Notes under the pieces: model-generated
Database searches by the model: none
What the model was told of the DNA's origin: nothing
What the model saw: the letters and a program-made list of their open reading frames with translations, nothing else
Position numbers and translations under genes: made by a program
Assembly: GCA_963827275.1 (NCBI GenBank)
Contig: CAWHAA010000005.1
Span: 736,001-800,000, forward strand
Direction: 5' to 3'
DNA: 64,000 nt
Source of the DNA: an uncultured Spirochaetota bacterium
GTDB lineage: Bacteria; Spirochaetota; UBA4802; UBA5550
In this document: piece by piece, positions 1 to 9,586 of the stretch
Numbering within the stretch: position 1 is the stretch's first letter
How the letters are laid out: each line of letters opens with the position of its first letter

Positions 1-237
1 GTGCTTCTCTCCGTCAAGAAGGAGAGCCTGAAGCCTGAAACACGGGTCCTGGTAGCAAGCTCAAGCCGCAACAAGAAGGCCGAACTGACCTGGAAGGACG
101 TGTCCGACGAATCGAACATGGTCATCCTGGCGCCCACCAAGCAGGGCAGCCTGAAGCTCGCGTCGGCAATGAAGGGCCTCGATACCCGCGAGCAATGGGT
201 CCAGGACGTTGACCGGATCGAGATCGTCCGTCAATGA
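1..237 (+). CDS. 5'-truncated hypothetical protein; C-terminus resembles the end of Oxidored_molyb (sulfite oxidase)-like domains
   Basis: Open frame from the window edge, ending ...EQWVQDVDRIEIVRQ (cf. KWVKWLTRIEV-type ends). Stop overlaps the next start (ATGA). Confidence 0.55.
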   Translation: MLLSVKKESLKPETRVLVASSSRNKKAELTWKDVSDESNMVILAPTKQGSLKLASAMKGLDTREQWVQDVDRIEIVRQ

Positions 238-780
238 CCGAGCGCTACTTCTCCACGTTCCAGCTCTTCCTGCTCGCCCTCTTCGCGGCGCTCATCGTCG
301 TGGCGAAGATCGCTCTGCACCTTCCCCTCCAGCTCTCCGGTCACTCCGGGATCTTCTGGATGGCGGTGATCATCGTCGCCGCGCGGGTGGTGCCGAAGCG
401 GGGCGCGGCAAGCCTGGTGGGGCTTACGTCGGGCATCATGGCCGCGTTCCTGGGCCTCGGCGACCTGGGCGGCCTGAACACCCTCTTGTCCTACACGATG
501 GCGGGCGTCGGCGCGGACCTCGGACTGCTCCTCCTCCGCGACCCTGAAAACTACGCGTGCGCGGCGCTTGCCGGCACGTTCGGCCACCTGTGCAAGTTCA
601 TGGTGAAGTGGGCCTTCGGCATGATGTCGGGCGCACCGGTGGGGTTCGTCGCCCTCGGCCTCGCCAAGGCACTTGTCGGCTATCATCATCTTCGGCGCGC
701 TGGGCGGCTTTTTAGGGGCCCTGACCCTCAGGGCGCTCAGGCGGGCGGGGTTTTTCACCTATTTGATGGAGAAAAAGTAA
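234..780 (+). CDS. ECF transporter S (substrate-binding) component; apparent frameshift near 685
   Basis: ~180 aa, highly hydrophobic, LPLQLSGHSGIFWMA...KRGAASLVG pattern. Correcting one indel gives ...GYIIFGALGGFLGALTLRALRRAGFFTYLMEKK* ending at 780. Confidence 0.7.
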
Positions 781-876
781 ATATCCGCATCAATCTCATC
801 ATATAGCAAATTGTCTTCATTGCTCAATTCGTTGAAATACAAAGGCAAAGTCTTCTCAAAAAATCAACCATAAAAA

Positions 877-1032
877 TGTCCGCCTGCAGGGCGGACAAAC
901 ATATCGGGCGTCTGTCTGAAATCGAATCCCGCGAAGCGGGTTCGATGAGTTACGCCCGTAGCCAGTCGCGGCACTTGAGCGACCGGGATGGGGGAGCGCG
1001 AGGGGGAAGGACGGAGTGTCCTTCACCCTCGC
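877..1032. other. Cluster of four stem-loops between convergent genes (candidate structured RNA/REP-like element plus terminator)
   Basis: Inverted repeats 877-884/890-897; 905-911/952-958 enclosing 921-932/936-946; 962-969/979-986; and the 998-1032 hairpin. Confidence 0.5.
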
Positions 1033-1033
1033 C

Positions 1034-3541
1034 CTAAAGCTTCGCCTCGAATCCGCCGTAGCACATAAACCCAGGCCCGGGATTGAACGGGTCCGGGTTG
1101 TAATCATCGAGGATATTTTTAAAGAGCAGATACAGGGTAAAGTGCTCCCACATCTCCTGCGCCACCCGCACGTTCAGGTTGAACCGGTCATGCAGCCGCA
1201 CCGCGGTAAAAAACTTCCTCGAATAATAGGCCGCGAACGGCGACGTCGGCTCGGGCGGCCGCACCTGCTGGGCGTACATGACCTGGTCGATAAGCGCGGT
1301 GCCCCAGAGCCCGAACGAGGTGCCGGTCGTGAATGAAAACCGGACGTCGGCGATGACCTGGTGGGCGGGCGTGTTTTCAAGGAATATCCCCTTGTTCACC
1401 GCCTCCTCCCACGAGGTGTCGCGGTTCCTTGCGTGGAGATAGACATAGGAGAGCGATGCATTGATGTCCATGACGCCGGCGATATCCTTCTTTTCGTACG
1501 ATACCGCCGTCTCCAGCCCGTGCGAGTCGACCCGCGAGATGTTCACCGGCGGCTCCTCGCCCCCGGCTATTTTTTCGATGCGGTTCTTCACGATGCTGAA
1601 AAAATAATCAGCGCCTAATTCGATTGACCCGTCCAGCAGGCTGAATTTCGGCCCGGCGTTGAAGTTATAGGACCGCTCCGGCCTGAGGCCCCGGTCATAG
1701 AGAAGGTACGAGACCTTCTCGTACTCGCCCAGGGTCGGGAACCTCGTCTTCATGGAGAACGCGCCCCGGAGCTTCATTAGGTCCTTTACCGCGTCGAATA
1801 CGATGCCCGCCACCGGGTTGAACGAGTCGCGCGTCCCCCAGATGAGCGAATCGTCCTTGACCATATACGCGCCGGTGTAAATATACGAATAATCAGCCGG
1901 CCGCGCTTTATGCGTGACAAAGTCCTGCGCGTCATAGGAGACGCCGGCGGTGATCTTCAGCCGGTCTTTGATGGATATCTCATCCTCTATGGCAACGGTG
2001 AGAAAATACGCCTTCAGGTAATTGACCTTGTACTTCGACATGCCGTAGAGCCTGTATGTCTCAAAGCTCCAGAGCGGCGACTTCGCCTGCTGGCGCGCGT
2101 CCATCTCGTCGCCGCGCCAGAGCAGGGCCATGGAAAGCCTGTTCCAGGACGCTATCCTGACCGACGGGTACACCTGCACGCCGTAGGACACATAGGTCTT
2201 GTAGTCATACACGGGCTCATAGTAGGACGCGTCTTTTGAAAGGACCGCGGGCGGGTCCTTGGCATAGATGTGTGCGTTGTCGAGGTAACCCTCCTGCTTC
2301 GCGTAGGTCTGTGAGTAGAAGCCCTGCAGCTTCACGCTGAATATCCTGTGAGTGAATTTCAGGTAGGGCGACACGCTGAACGCGTACTTCTCGGGCCAGG
2401 CAAAGGACCGGTTTGCCAGCGCGGCCTTTTTCAGGTCTTTGGGGATCATAAAATTGAAGACCGGCTCTCCCCATGCCAGGTTATTGATCTTGTAGTCTCC
2501 GTAGCACCGGTTCTGGTAGGTGCTGGTATGCCCCGATCCGTAATTGAACCGCGCTGCAACGCCGACATCAAGGGCGTCGTTCAATTCATATCCCACCCGC
2601 GCGGAGGCGTTGTATTTCCTGTAATCGGCATGGTTCCAGCGTCCGGCATCGAGGAGGTACTGCCATGGCCCCGGTATGTTCATGGCCGCGGGGCCGGCGC
2701 CATATACATAATAGCGCACCAGCCTGTTCAGCCAGTCGAGCCGCTTCGCGCGGGTCAGGCTCCGTGATGGGCGGTATCCGTCCGAGTTCTGCGCCGAGCC
2801 GGTGACCCAGCCGTAGAAATTCTTGTAGGGTCCTCCCGCTGCCGCGTCGAAGGTATAGCTATTGTACATACCGTATTCGCCCCCGCCCTGCACGAACAGC
2901 CGGTCCGGTTTTTTCGAAACGATGTTGACCGCGCCCGCGGCGCCGCTCGTCCCGTAGAGCGCGGACGACACGCCCCGGTTCACGTAGATGCGCGAGATGT
3001 TCTTCACCGTGAGGTCGGAGATGTCGATGTCGGTCGCATACACGTCGGCCACCGGCACGCCGTCCACCAGGATCGCTATCTTGTCCTGGTCGAAGCCGCG
3101 CATCTTCACGCGCTGGTGCCCCTTCTGGTGCGCCTCCACCTGCACGCCCGGCACCGTGGCGAGCGCCTCGTCGAGCGTCCGGTCCCCGTGCGCCTTCAGG
3201 TCCTTCTGTTTTAATTCGGTGGTAGTGGCGGCCTCGTCGATGTGGGCGATGGCCTCGCCCCGCACCACGATCTCGCCGATGGTGAAGACGCCGTGCTTTC
3301 CGCCCCTTCTCTTCCCGCGCTCGCCGTCTTCGCCATCTTTTTTTACGTCAGCGGGCGCATCTGCTTTCATATCTGCGGCGCTCTCAACAGCCGGCTTTTC
3401 TGCCGCCTCATCGGCCGGTCCAGGCTTTTGCGCGAAAAGCGGCGGTGATGACGCGAGTGCGATTATCGCCGCCAGAGCGGCAAGCACGACGCGCGCTTTC
3501 GCGCGCGACGTGCTTCTGAATGCTACCAGAGTCCAGCCCAT
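1034..3541 (-). CDS. TonB-dependent outer-membrane receptor (copy 1)
   Basis: 835 aa. Signal peptide, TonB-box-like GEIVVRG, plug motifs (LATVPGV, MRGF, ILVDGVP, RGVSSALYG..GAVNIVSKKP), LRPERSYN and KNILD barrel motifs. Confidence 0.92.
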   Translation of the reverse strand: MGWTLVAFRSTSRAKARVVLAALAAIIALASSPPLFAQKPGPADEAAEKPAVESAADMKADAPADVKKDGEDGERGKRRGGKHGVFTIGEIVVRGEAIAHIDEAATTTELKQKDLKAHGDRTLDEALATVPGVQVEAHQKGHQRVKMRGFDQDKIAILVDGVPVADVYATDIDISDLTVKNISRIYVNRGVSSALYGTSGAAGAVNIVSKKPDRLFVQGGGEYGMYNSYTFDAAAGGPYKNFYGWVTGSAQNSDGYRPSRSLTRAKRLDWLNRLVRYYVYGAGPAAMNIPGPWQYLLDAGRWNHADYRKYNASARVGYELNDALDVGVAARFNYGSGHTSTYQNRCYGDYKINNLAWGEPVFNFMIPKDLKKAALANRSFAWPEKYAFSVSPYLKFTHRIFSVKLQGFYSQTYAKQEGYLDNAHIYAKDPPAVLSKDASYYEPVYDYKTYVSYGVQVYPSVRIASWNRLSMALLWRGDEMDARQQAKSPLWSFETYRLYGMSKYKVNYLKAYFLTVAIEDEISIKDRLKITAGVSYDAQDFVTHKARPADYSYIYTGAYMVKDDSLIWGTRDSFNPVAGIVFDAVKDLMKLRGAFSMKTRFPTLGEYEKVSYLLYDRGLRPERSYNFNAGPKFSLLDGSIELGADYFFSIVKNRIEKIAGGEEPPVNISRVDSHGLETAVSYEKKDIAGVMDINASLSYVYLHARNRDTSWEEAVNKGIFLENTPAHQVIADVRFSFTTGTSFGLWGTALIDQVMYAQQVRPPEPTSPFAAYYSRKFFTAVRLHDRFNLNVRVAQEMWEHFTLYLLFKNILDDYNPDPFNPGPGFMCYGGFEAKL

Positions 3542-3567
3542 ACTGCAGACTTTTTCCGCTGCTTCGC

Positions 3568-4938
3568 TTAAGGAGCCACAAACAGACTGCCCGATTGCAG
3601 TTGCCAGTAACCATCGAAAGTGACTGATAACGGATTCGCACCGGAGTTTATTGTCAATGTCGAGGCCGTGCTGGTATATCCCACGCCATTATAAAGAATA
3701 TACCGGTCATACCTGCCGTCAATATTGGTGCCAGTTCTATAATCATAGAATACAAGCACATAGTAAGAACCGGGAATTATATCCGCTACATCAATGGTGG
3801 CTGTACCGCCCGTTGTGGTGACAGGGCTCCCCGAAACGCCGGTGTAAATCGGCATGTACTGGTTGCGGGTTCCCGTCCCCAGCACACTGTATAAATACAC
3901 ACATATGTTCATGGTCCCCCGGTTCGCATCGTCAGGAGGAATAGGGCCATTATAGGTTGCACTCACGGAAAGAGTTCCACTTTCTGCCGTCGTAAGATAG
4001 GCTGCATCAGTCTGTAATACGCTTGTATCACCGAAGGTAATATCCGGCAATGTCATGTCTGCATTTACTACTATGAATTGTTGCGCGTTCGCCCCATAGG
4101 GCGTGCCGGCAAAAAAAGTATACGGATCGTTCTCACTGTCGGGAGCAGTACCCTTGACTGAATCATAGAAAACCAGAGCGTAATAACTCCCCGCCAGTAC
4201 ACCGTTCACGGGAATCGTATATTCAGTGCCGGGCGTTATTTCTGCCGTTGTGGAGGCAGAATTAATGGGTAATGCCGGATTGGTCGTCGAAGTGCCCGGT
4301 GTCGAAGTATTGTAGAGATACACATAAATCCTCTTGCTGGCCTCGGATTCCGGCAAAGCTGCGGTGCCGGTATACGTGGCGTTAACTGTTACTGTATACG
4401 TAGTTGTTGACATAAAATAACTTTGAGTAAGAAGCACATTAGCATCAGTAAATGTTATTCCGCTCAATGTCACATCGCCGCTGATATTCACCTTTGAAGC
4501 AGAGGTTGTGTATGGGGTATTAGTGTACAGGACATAGGGATCGGTTTGATTGGCTTTATTTTCATTGTCGCCCCCATTAAGATCAAAGAAAACAAGAACA
4601 GAATAGTCGCCATCGCAGATACCGTTAATTGTAATACTGCTCAATCCCCCACTAACGATCGGGTCGGTCGTCGATCCTCTATATACCGGCGCCGGGTCCC
4701 TGGTAGTGAGGCCAAGACTCCTGTATAAATACACATACATCTTGCCAGTTCCCACCGGTGTACCGGTTAGCGTTGTTGAGCCGGTATAGGTCGCCGTCAC
4801 GGTCAGGGATGACTCGCCCTGACATTGTTGGAGAAAAAGCAGCGGATTGATCTCGTTGCTCTGTTCCTTGCAGGATGCGGCAAATAATATTATTCCAATG
4901 CACGCCAGTTGTATGATCTTTTTCATTCCAGCCTCCAT
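3568..4938 (-). CDS. Surface lipoprotein with three tandem ~140-aa repeats (DUF2141-like)
   Basis: Lipobox FAASC. Three repeats of V.ATY.G...YVYLY...G.Y.(V/A)LVF(Y/F)D...D.Y..(Y/F)...Y...ITF. Lower GC than neighbours; co-oriented 27 bp upstream of receptor 1. Confidence 0.8.
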   Translation of the reverse strand: MEAGMKKIIQLACIGIILFAASCKEQSNEINPLLFLQQCQGESSLTVTATYTGSTTLTGTPVGTGKMYVYLYRSLGLTTRDPAPVYRGSTTDPIVSGGLSSITINGICDGDYSVLVFFDLNGGDNENKANQTDPYVLYTNTPYTTSASKVNISGDVTLSGITFTDANVLLTQSYFMSTTTYTVTVNATYTGTAALPESEASKRIYVYLYNTSTPGTSTTNPALPINSASTTAEITPGTEYTIPVNGVLAGSYYALVFYDSVKGTAPDSENDPYTFFAGTPYGANAQQFIVVNADMTLPDITFGDTSVLQTDAAYLTTAESGTLSVSATYNGPIPPDDANRGTMNICVYLYSVLGTGTRNQYMPIYTGVSGSPVTTTGGTATIDVADIIPGSYYVLVFYDYRTGTNIDGRYDRYILYNGVGYTSTASTLTINSGANPLSVTFDGYWQLQSGSLFVAP

Positions 4939-5195
4939 TTTATATCATTACAGAGTAAAACTGTAATAATTTCACTTTATGTCAATGATAAATTGTAGCT
5001 ATTAGTTAACAAATAGCTGTATTTATATCTATATTTTTTTATTTTCACTATTAATTACATTTAGTTACTAATTGTTACAAATTATTACAATTTTCTTGAC
5101 AAATTAATTCCATAAATAATGTTTTACATATGTTTAATATAACATAATTGGCCGGCTTTTATCAGCCATTATGCCTATGATCTTGTGGAGGATTT
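4939..5195. promoter_or_regulatory. AT-rich divergent promoter region with phased direct repeats
   Basis: TTGACA on + at 5096-5101 and on - at 4980-4985. Four 10-bp-period repeats at 5051-5090. Inverted repeat ATTACAG-N7-CTGTAAT at 4947-4967. Confidence 0.6.
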
Positions 5196-7670
5196 ATGAG
5201 AAAATTCATTATCGGTATCATTGCATTGTCTGCAGCGGCCGTGATCGGCGCCATGCCGGTCTCGGCGCAGGAGAAAAAGGGGGCTGAAGTGAAAGACCAG
5301 CCCGCAGCGGAGCAGGAGCAACAGCAGCCCGCTGAAGAAAAAAAGGACGTTACGGCACAGAAGTCTGACGTCTATACCATCGGCGAGATCGTCATCCGCG
5401 AAAAGGCGATCGCCAACGTGGAGGACGCCGCCACGACGACCGAGCTTACGCCGGAAAGCCTGAAGGCGCGCTCCGCGCATACGCTGGACCAGGCGCTCGA
5501 GACAGTGCCGGGCATGATCGTGAAGCAGGGACAGAAGGGCCAGATGAACTTTGACATGCGCGGGTTCAGGCACAACACGCTCGCCATCCTCGTGGACGGC
5601 CTCCCGTTCGAGGAGGTGTATGACGGCGGCGGGGGCGACATCTCCCGGATCCTGGTCATGAACGCGTCGAAAGTCGTCGTGAACCGGGGCACCTCGTCCG
5701 CGCTGTACGGCTCGCGCGGCGCCTTCGGCTCCATCAACGTGGTCACGAAAAAGCCGGAGCGCCTGAACTTCAAGGGCGGCGTCGAGGTCGACCAGTACGG
5801 CGGGTTCACCGTGAACGCATCGGGCGGCGCGGCATACAAGAATTTTTATTTCTGGCTCTCCGCCGCGGTCATGAAAAACAACAGCTACGAGATATCGAAC
5901 CAGCTCGGAAGATCGAAAGCGCTCCGGTGGATGAACCGGCTTCATCCCCTGGTACGTGTACGGACATGACCAGCGGATCATACACGCCGGCAATCGACCA
6001 TATTCACGGCGATGGGAATGGAATATATCCTCGACGACGACAGGTGGAACCACACCAATTCCATGAAATACTACGCGTCGGGCAAGGCCGGGTACACGGT
6101 CAACGACAATATCGAGTTCGGCCTGTCCGCCTCATACTACCAGGGCGAGATGAACTTCAACGGGTTTGAGATCAGCAGCTACTCGTCATACGTCCTGGAC
6201 GGGACCTGGGACGATCCCCGGAACAGCGAACATGTTCCAGAACCGCGCCTGGACACTGGCCCAAGGATTACCGGGTCAACGTGGCCCCCTACCTCACCCT
6301 CGAATTCGGCGACTTCTACATGAAGGCCATGTATTACTTCACCAGACAGGCGAACGTCCTCGAGGGATGGACGAACCAGGCGCAGTCAGCCATGTTCGAC
6401 AGGGGCAAGATGTCCGAGCACGACGAGACAAGCAACGGCTTTTACATTTATCCCTCGTATAAATTCGCGCCGTGGAACAAGCTGAACGCGCTCGATCCAC
6501 TACCGCATCGACCAGTTTTTAGAAATATAAAAAACGCCTTGCGCCCGTACGCGTCCGGCACCGCCAACTGGTATACGCCCTGGTTCAAGACGGCCGAGAT
6601 GTCGGCAAAGTACGTCGATGTCGCGCTGGAGGATGAATTCAAATTCAACACGCCGGCGGGCGACCTGCGTTTTCCCTCGGCATCTCGTATGACGCGCAGA
6701 AGCTGTCGACAAACCGGGGCGGCCGCTACAACATCAACGGCGACGAGGACATCACCGGGCTCCTTCGCTCGACCGCATGAAACCGGAGAACACCTCCCTG
6801 ATATGGGGCACCGGCGACGGGTTCAACCCGGTCTTCGCGCTGGTGTACGAGCCGGTCAAGGACATGCTGAAGATCAGGGGCACCTTGTCGCAGAAGATCA
6901 AAGTTCCCGACCCTGCACGAGTACGCGGATTCCTCCGACTATATCGACGAATACTTCATGAGCGATCCCGGCGCTGCTGCCGCTGGTGATCAAGCTGAAC
7001 CAGATCAAGCCGGAAACATCGTACAACGCCAACGCGGGATTCGAGCTCGACCTCCTCGACAAGAGCCCTGAACCTGAGAGGGCGATTATTTCTACGCCTT
7101 CTATAAAAACAAGATCGAGAGCGTCTCCGACCCGAATGCCGCGGTGGGCAACCAGACACGCTATACGAACATCAAGGGGCGGGAGGTACACGGCGTGGAG
7201 AGCCACGTCGGCGCCACGATAGGCAAAAACCTGCTGAAAATCCTCGACATGAAGCCCTCCGCGACCTACGTATTCACCGCACGCGCGCGACTGGTACGAC
7301 GCGCCGGTGGTGAAGGGGGCGAAGGTCGCAGGAGACCCCGGCCCACCAGCTGATACTCCAGCTGAAGCTGGATTTCATATCGGGAACGGGCCTCAACCTC
7401 TGGACAACGCCACCTTCAACCAGATGATGTACGTGCAGCAGATACCGACGACGCATACTCGGCGTCCGGTCTCTCGTACTTCCACGCAGGTGTACACGAC
7501 CAAGAAACTCCACGATCCCTTCATGTTCAACATCACGGATATCGCAGCGGATCGTGGACCACTTTGAGCTCTGGGTGATGTGCAAGAACATGCTCGACGA
7601 CTACAATGCCGACCCCTTCAACCCGGGTCCCGGCAGGACCTGGTATTTCGGCGGGGACGCGGAGTTTTAA
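5196..7670 (+). CDS. TonB-dependent outer-membrane receptor (copy 2), split by multiple apparent indels
   Basis: Signal peptide, TIGEIVIR, plug motifs. Successive fragments align with receptor 1 (RWNH, WGT.D.FNP, KPETSYNANAG, KLHDPF). Ends DYNADPFNPGPGRTWYFGGDAEF* with a terminal Phe. Confidence 0.85.
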
Positions 7671-7685
7671 TCCTTGACAAAGCAG

Positions 7686-7720
7686 ACCGCGTGGGGCGAC
7701 ATGCCTCCACGCGGTTTTTT
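7686..7720 (+). terminator. Intrinsic terminator
   Basis: ACCGCGTGGGGC-loop-GCCTCCACGCGGT followed by a T-tract, just after the receptor 2 stop. Confidence 0.65.
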
Positions 7721-7762
7721 CATCACGCACCACTATCTGACAATTCATTGACAGGTACAATC

Positions 7763-8831
7763 ATGAAACAAGTCACTATGCATACTAACCTACCGCCCTT
7801 GCTGCTCTCATGCGTTGTCCCCTTCACCGGCTGCGGGCAGAAGATCACCGAGATCATGACGGTCACCGGGGCGACGCCGCTCGCGCTGCAGGAATCCGTG
7901 CCTTCCGGCAGGTCGCTCACTATCACCGGACTGGTCAAAAAGGAATATGATCTTTCTTCGTACACGCTGAACAAGTTCGCGACGACCCGCATCCGCACCA
8001 GGGAAGTTTCCGCCGGCAGGGGAATTCGAGGGGGCATATGTGTATACCGGCATCCCGCTCTACAACATACTCGAAGGGAGTGTCGCCGCAGAAGCCGAAA
8101 AGCGCCGTCTTCGACAGGCCGCTTGACATCCTTGTCACGTTCCATGCCGCTTCCGGGAAAACGTCACGGTTCAGCTACTGGCGAGCTGATCATGACCGAC
8201 GACCGCCATCCCTTCACGCTCGCGTTCCACCGCCGGCAGGTGCTCCCGCATAAAAACCCGGAACAATACACGAAAAACAGATATAAAGACAATATCCAGG
8301 GGCTCAGGCTCATCTGCCCGCGCGACCCGGACACCTCGCGCTACCTTGATGACGTGACGAAGATAACCTTTTCAGTGTTTAAGACGCCGGACGACATCCT
8401 CCCCGTTACGAAGAAAGGAAAGAAATGCTCGTCAGACGGAATAACGGTCATCCGCGGCGGCACCGCAGGGCCGGCTTCGTTCGTGAACGTCGCCAGGTCA
8501 AAGGCAGCCGGCTGGGTGCGCATCGGCCACGGCCAGGGGTTCAAGGGGATATCGGGGGCGGAGGGATACGAGCCTCCGTTCATTCCTTAAAAAAAACTTC
8601 AGGGATTGCGGTCCTGACAGCTTCTTTATCTTCGTCGCCTGCGACGGGTACCGCGCCCTCTTCTCCGGCCGCGAGATATTCCTCTCCGGCGACGGGGCGT
8701 CATACATGATCGTTGACTCGCTTGACGGGAAGAAGGCGACCGGCAACTACATGCTCGCGCCGGTGGACGACTATTTCGTGGACCGCGACGTGTGGGGGCT
8801 CACCCACGTCGTCATGCTCGACGTAAAGTGA
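7763..8831 (+). CDS. Putative lipoprotein with Oxidored_molyb-like fold(s); apparent frameshifts
   Basis: FTGC lipobox-like. Stitched frames give LTITGLVKKEYDLS...AYVYTGIPLYNILEG, LRLICPRD..RYLDDVTKI, FVACDGYRALFSGREIF; stop at 8829-8831. Confidence 0.6.
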
Positions 8832-8838
8832 GGGGGCC

Positions 8839-9585
8839 ATGTTCACGACCAACAACCACCTGTATCTCTATGTCGCGGTCGGCATGTTTGCCGTCTCCCT
8901 CGCCCTCTGCCTGGCCAGGGCGCGGTCGGCCGGGTTGACCGCGTTCCTTCCCGGCCTGGCCCTCTATTCCCTCTACCTCGCCGGCAGGGCATGGATCGCC
9001 GGGACCTTCATTCCGAACCCGGTGATTGAGGGGCCCTACCTGCTCCCCTGGTGCCTCGGCGTCATCGCGCTGCTCATGATCGCGCGGCGCGACGGCCGCT
9101 GGTGGTACGTCCTTGTCCCGCTCCTGGTCTTCTCAGGGTTCGCGCTCTATTACGCGAGGGGGATCATCCCCCCGACGCCGAACAAGCTGACGCCGTGGAT
9201 CATCGCATTTTTCGTCCCGGAGGTGTTCGCGCACGCCTGCTTCTACTGCGGCGCGGTGTTCGCCGCGTTCCTCCTCGCCGGACGCGAGCGGGCTGAAACC
9301 TTCCACCGGTTCATGGTGTGGGGCTTCGTGCTCTACTCCGTGGCCCAGGTGACCGGCGCGGTATGGTGCTACCTTGGCTGGGGCAACACCTTCCAGTGGG
9401 GGCCCCGTCACATGAGCTCCGCCGCGGTCTGGCTCATCTGTGCCGCCTATATCCACCTGAAATACATCCCCGGCTGGAACGGCAGGCGCCGGGCCTGGTT
9501 CGCGATCGCCGCCGCGGTCGTGGTGCTCGCGGTGACGAGCAATTCTTACCTGCGCGAAATGAACTTTCCCCGGATCGGAGGCTGA
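8839..9585 (+). CDS. CcsA/ResC-like (cytochrome c assembly family) membrane protein, divergent
   Basis: About 8 hydrophobic segments. TGAVWCYLGWGNTFQWGPRH...WLICAAYIHL corresponds to the WWD domain and the following His. Confidence 0.8.
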   Translation: MFTTNNHLYLYVAVGMFAVSLALCLARARSAGLTAFLPGLALYSLYLAGRAWIAGTFIPNPVIEGPYLLPWCLGVIALLMIARRDGRWWYVLVPLLVFSGFALYYARGIIPPTPNKLTPWIIAFFVPEVFAHACFYCGAVFAAFLLAGRERAETFHRFMVWGFVLYSVAQVTGAVWCYLGWGNTFQWGPRHMSSAAVWLICAAYIHLKYIPGWNGRRRAWFAIAAAVVVLAVTSNSYLREMNFPRIGG

Positions 9586-9586
9586 C

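Noticed and set aside
4939..5195. Cobalamin riboswitch / BtuB assignment for the TonB receptors (prompted by B12-dependent nrdJ)
   Set aside because: The region is very AT-rich with no recognisable B12-box or GGGAA/GCCACTG elements; the neighbourhood points to Mo/W instead. B12 uptake is not strictly excluded.
5196..7670. Receptor 2 (and nrdJ, tldD, pmbA, holA, patatin) as true pseudogenes or programmed frameshifts
   Set aside because: Indels affect essential genes, lack consistent slippery sites, and fragments retain intact motifs; sequencing error is the simpler explanation.
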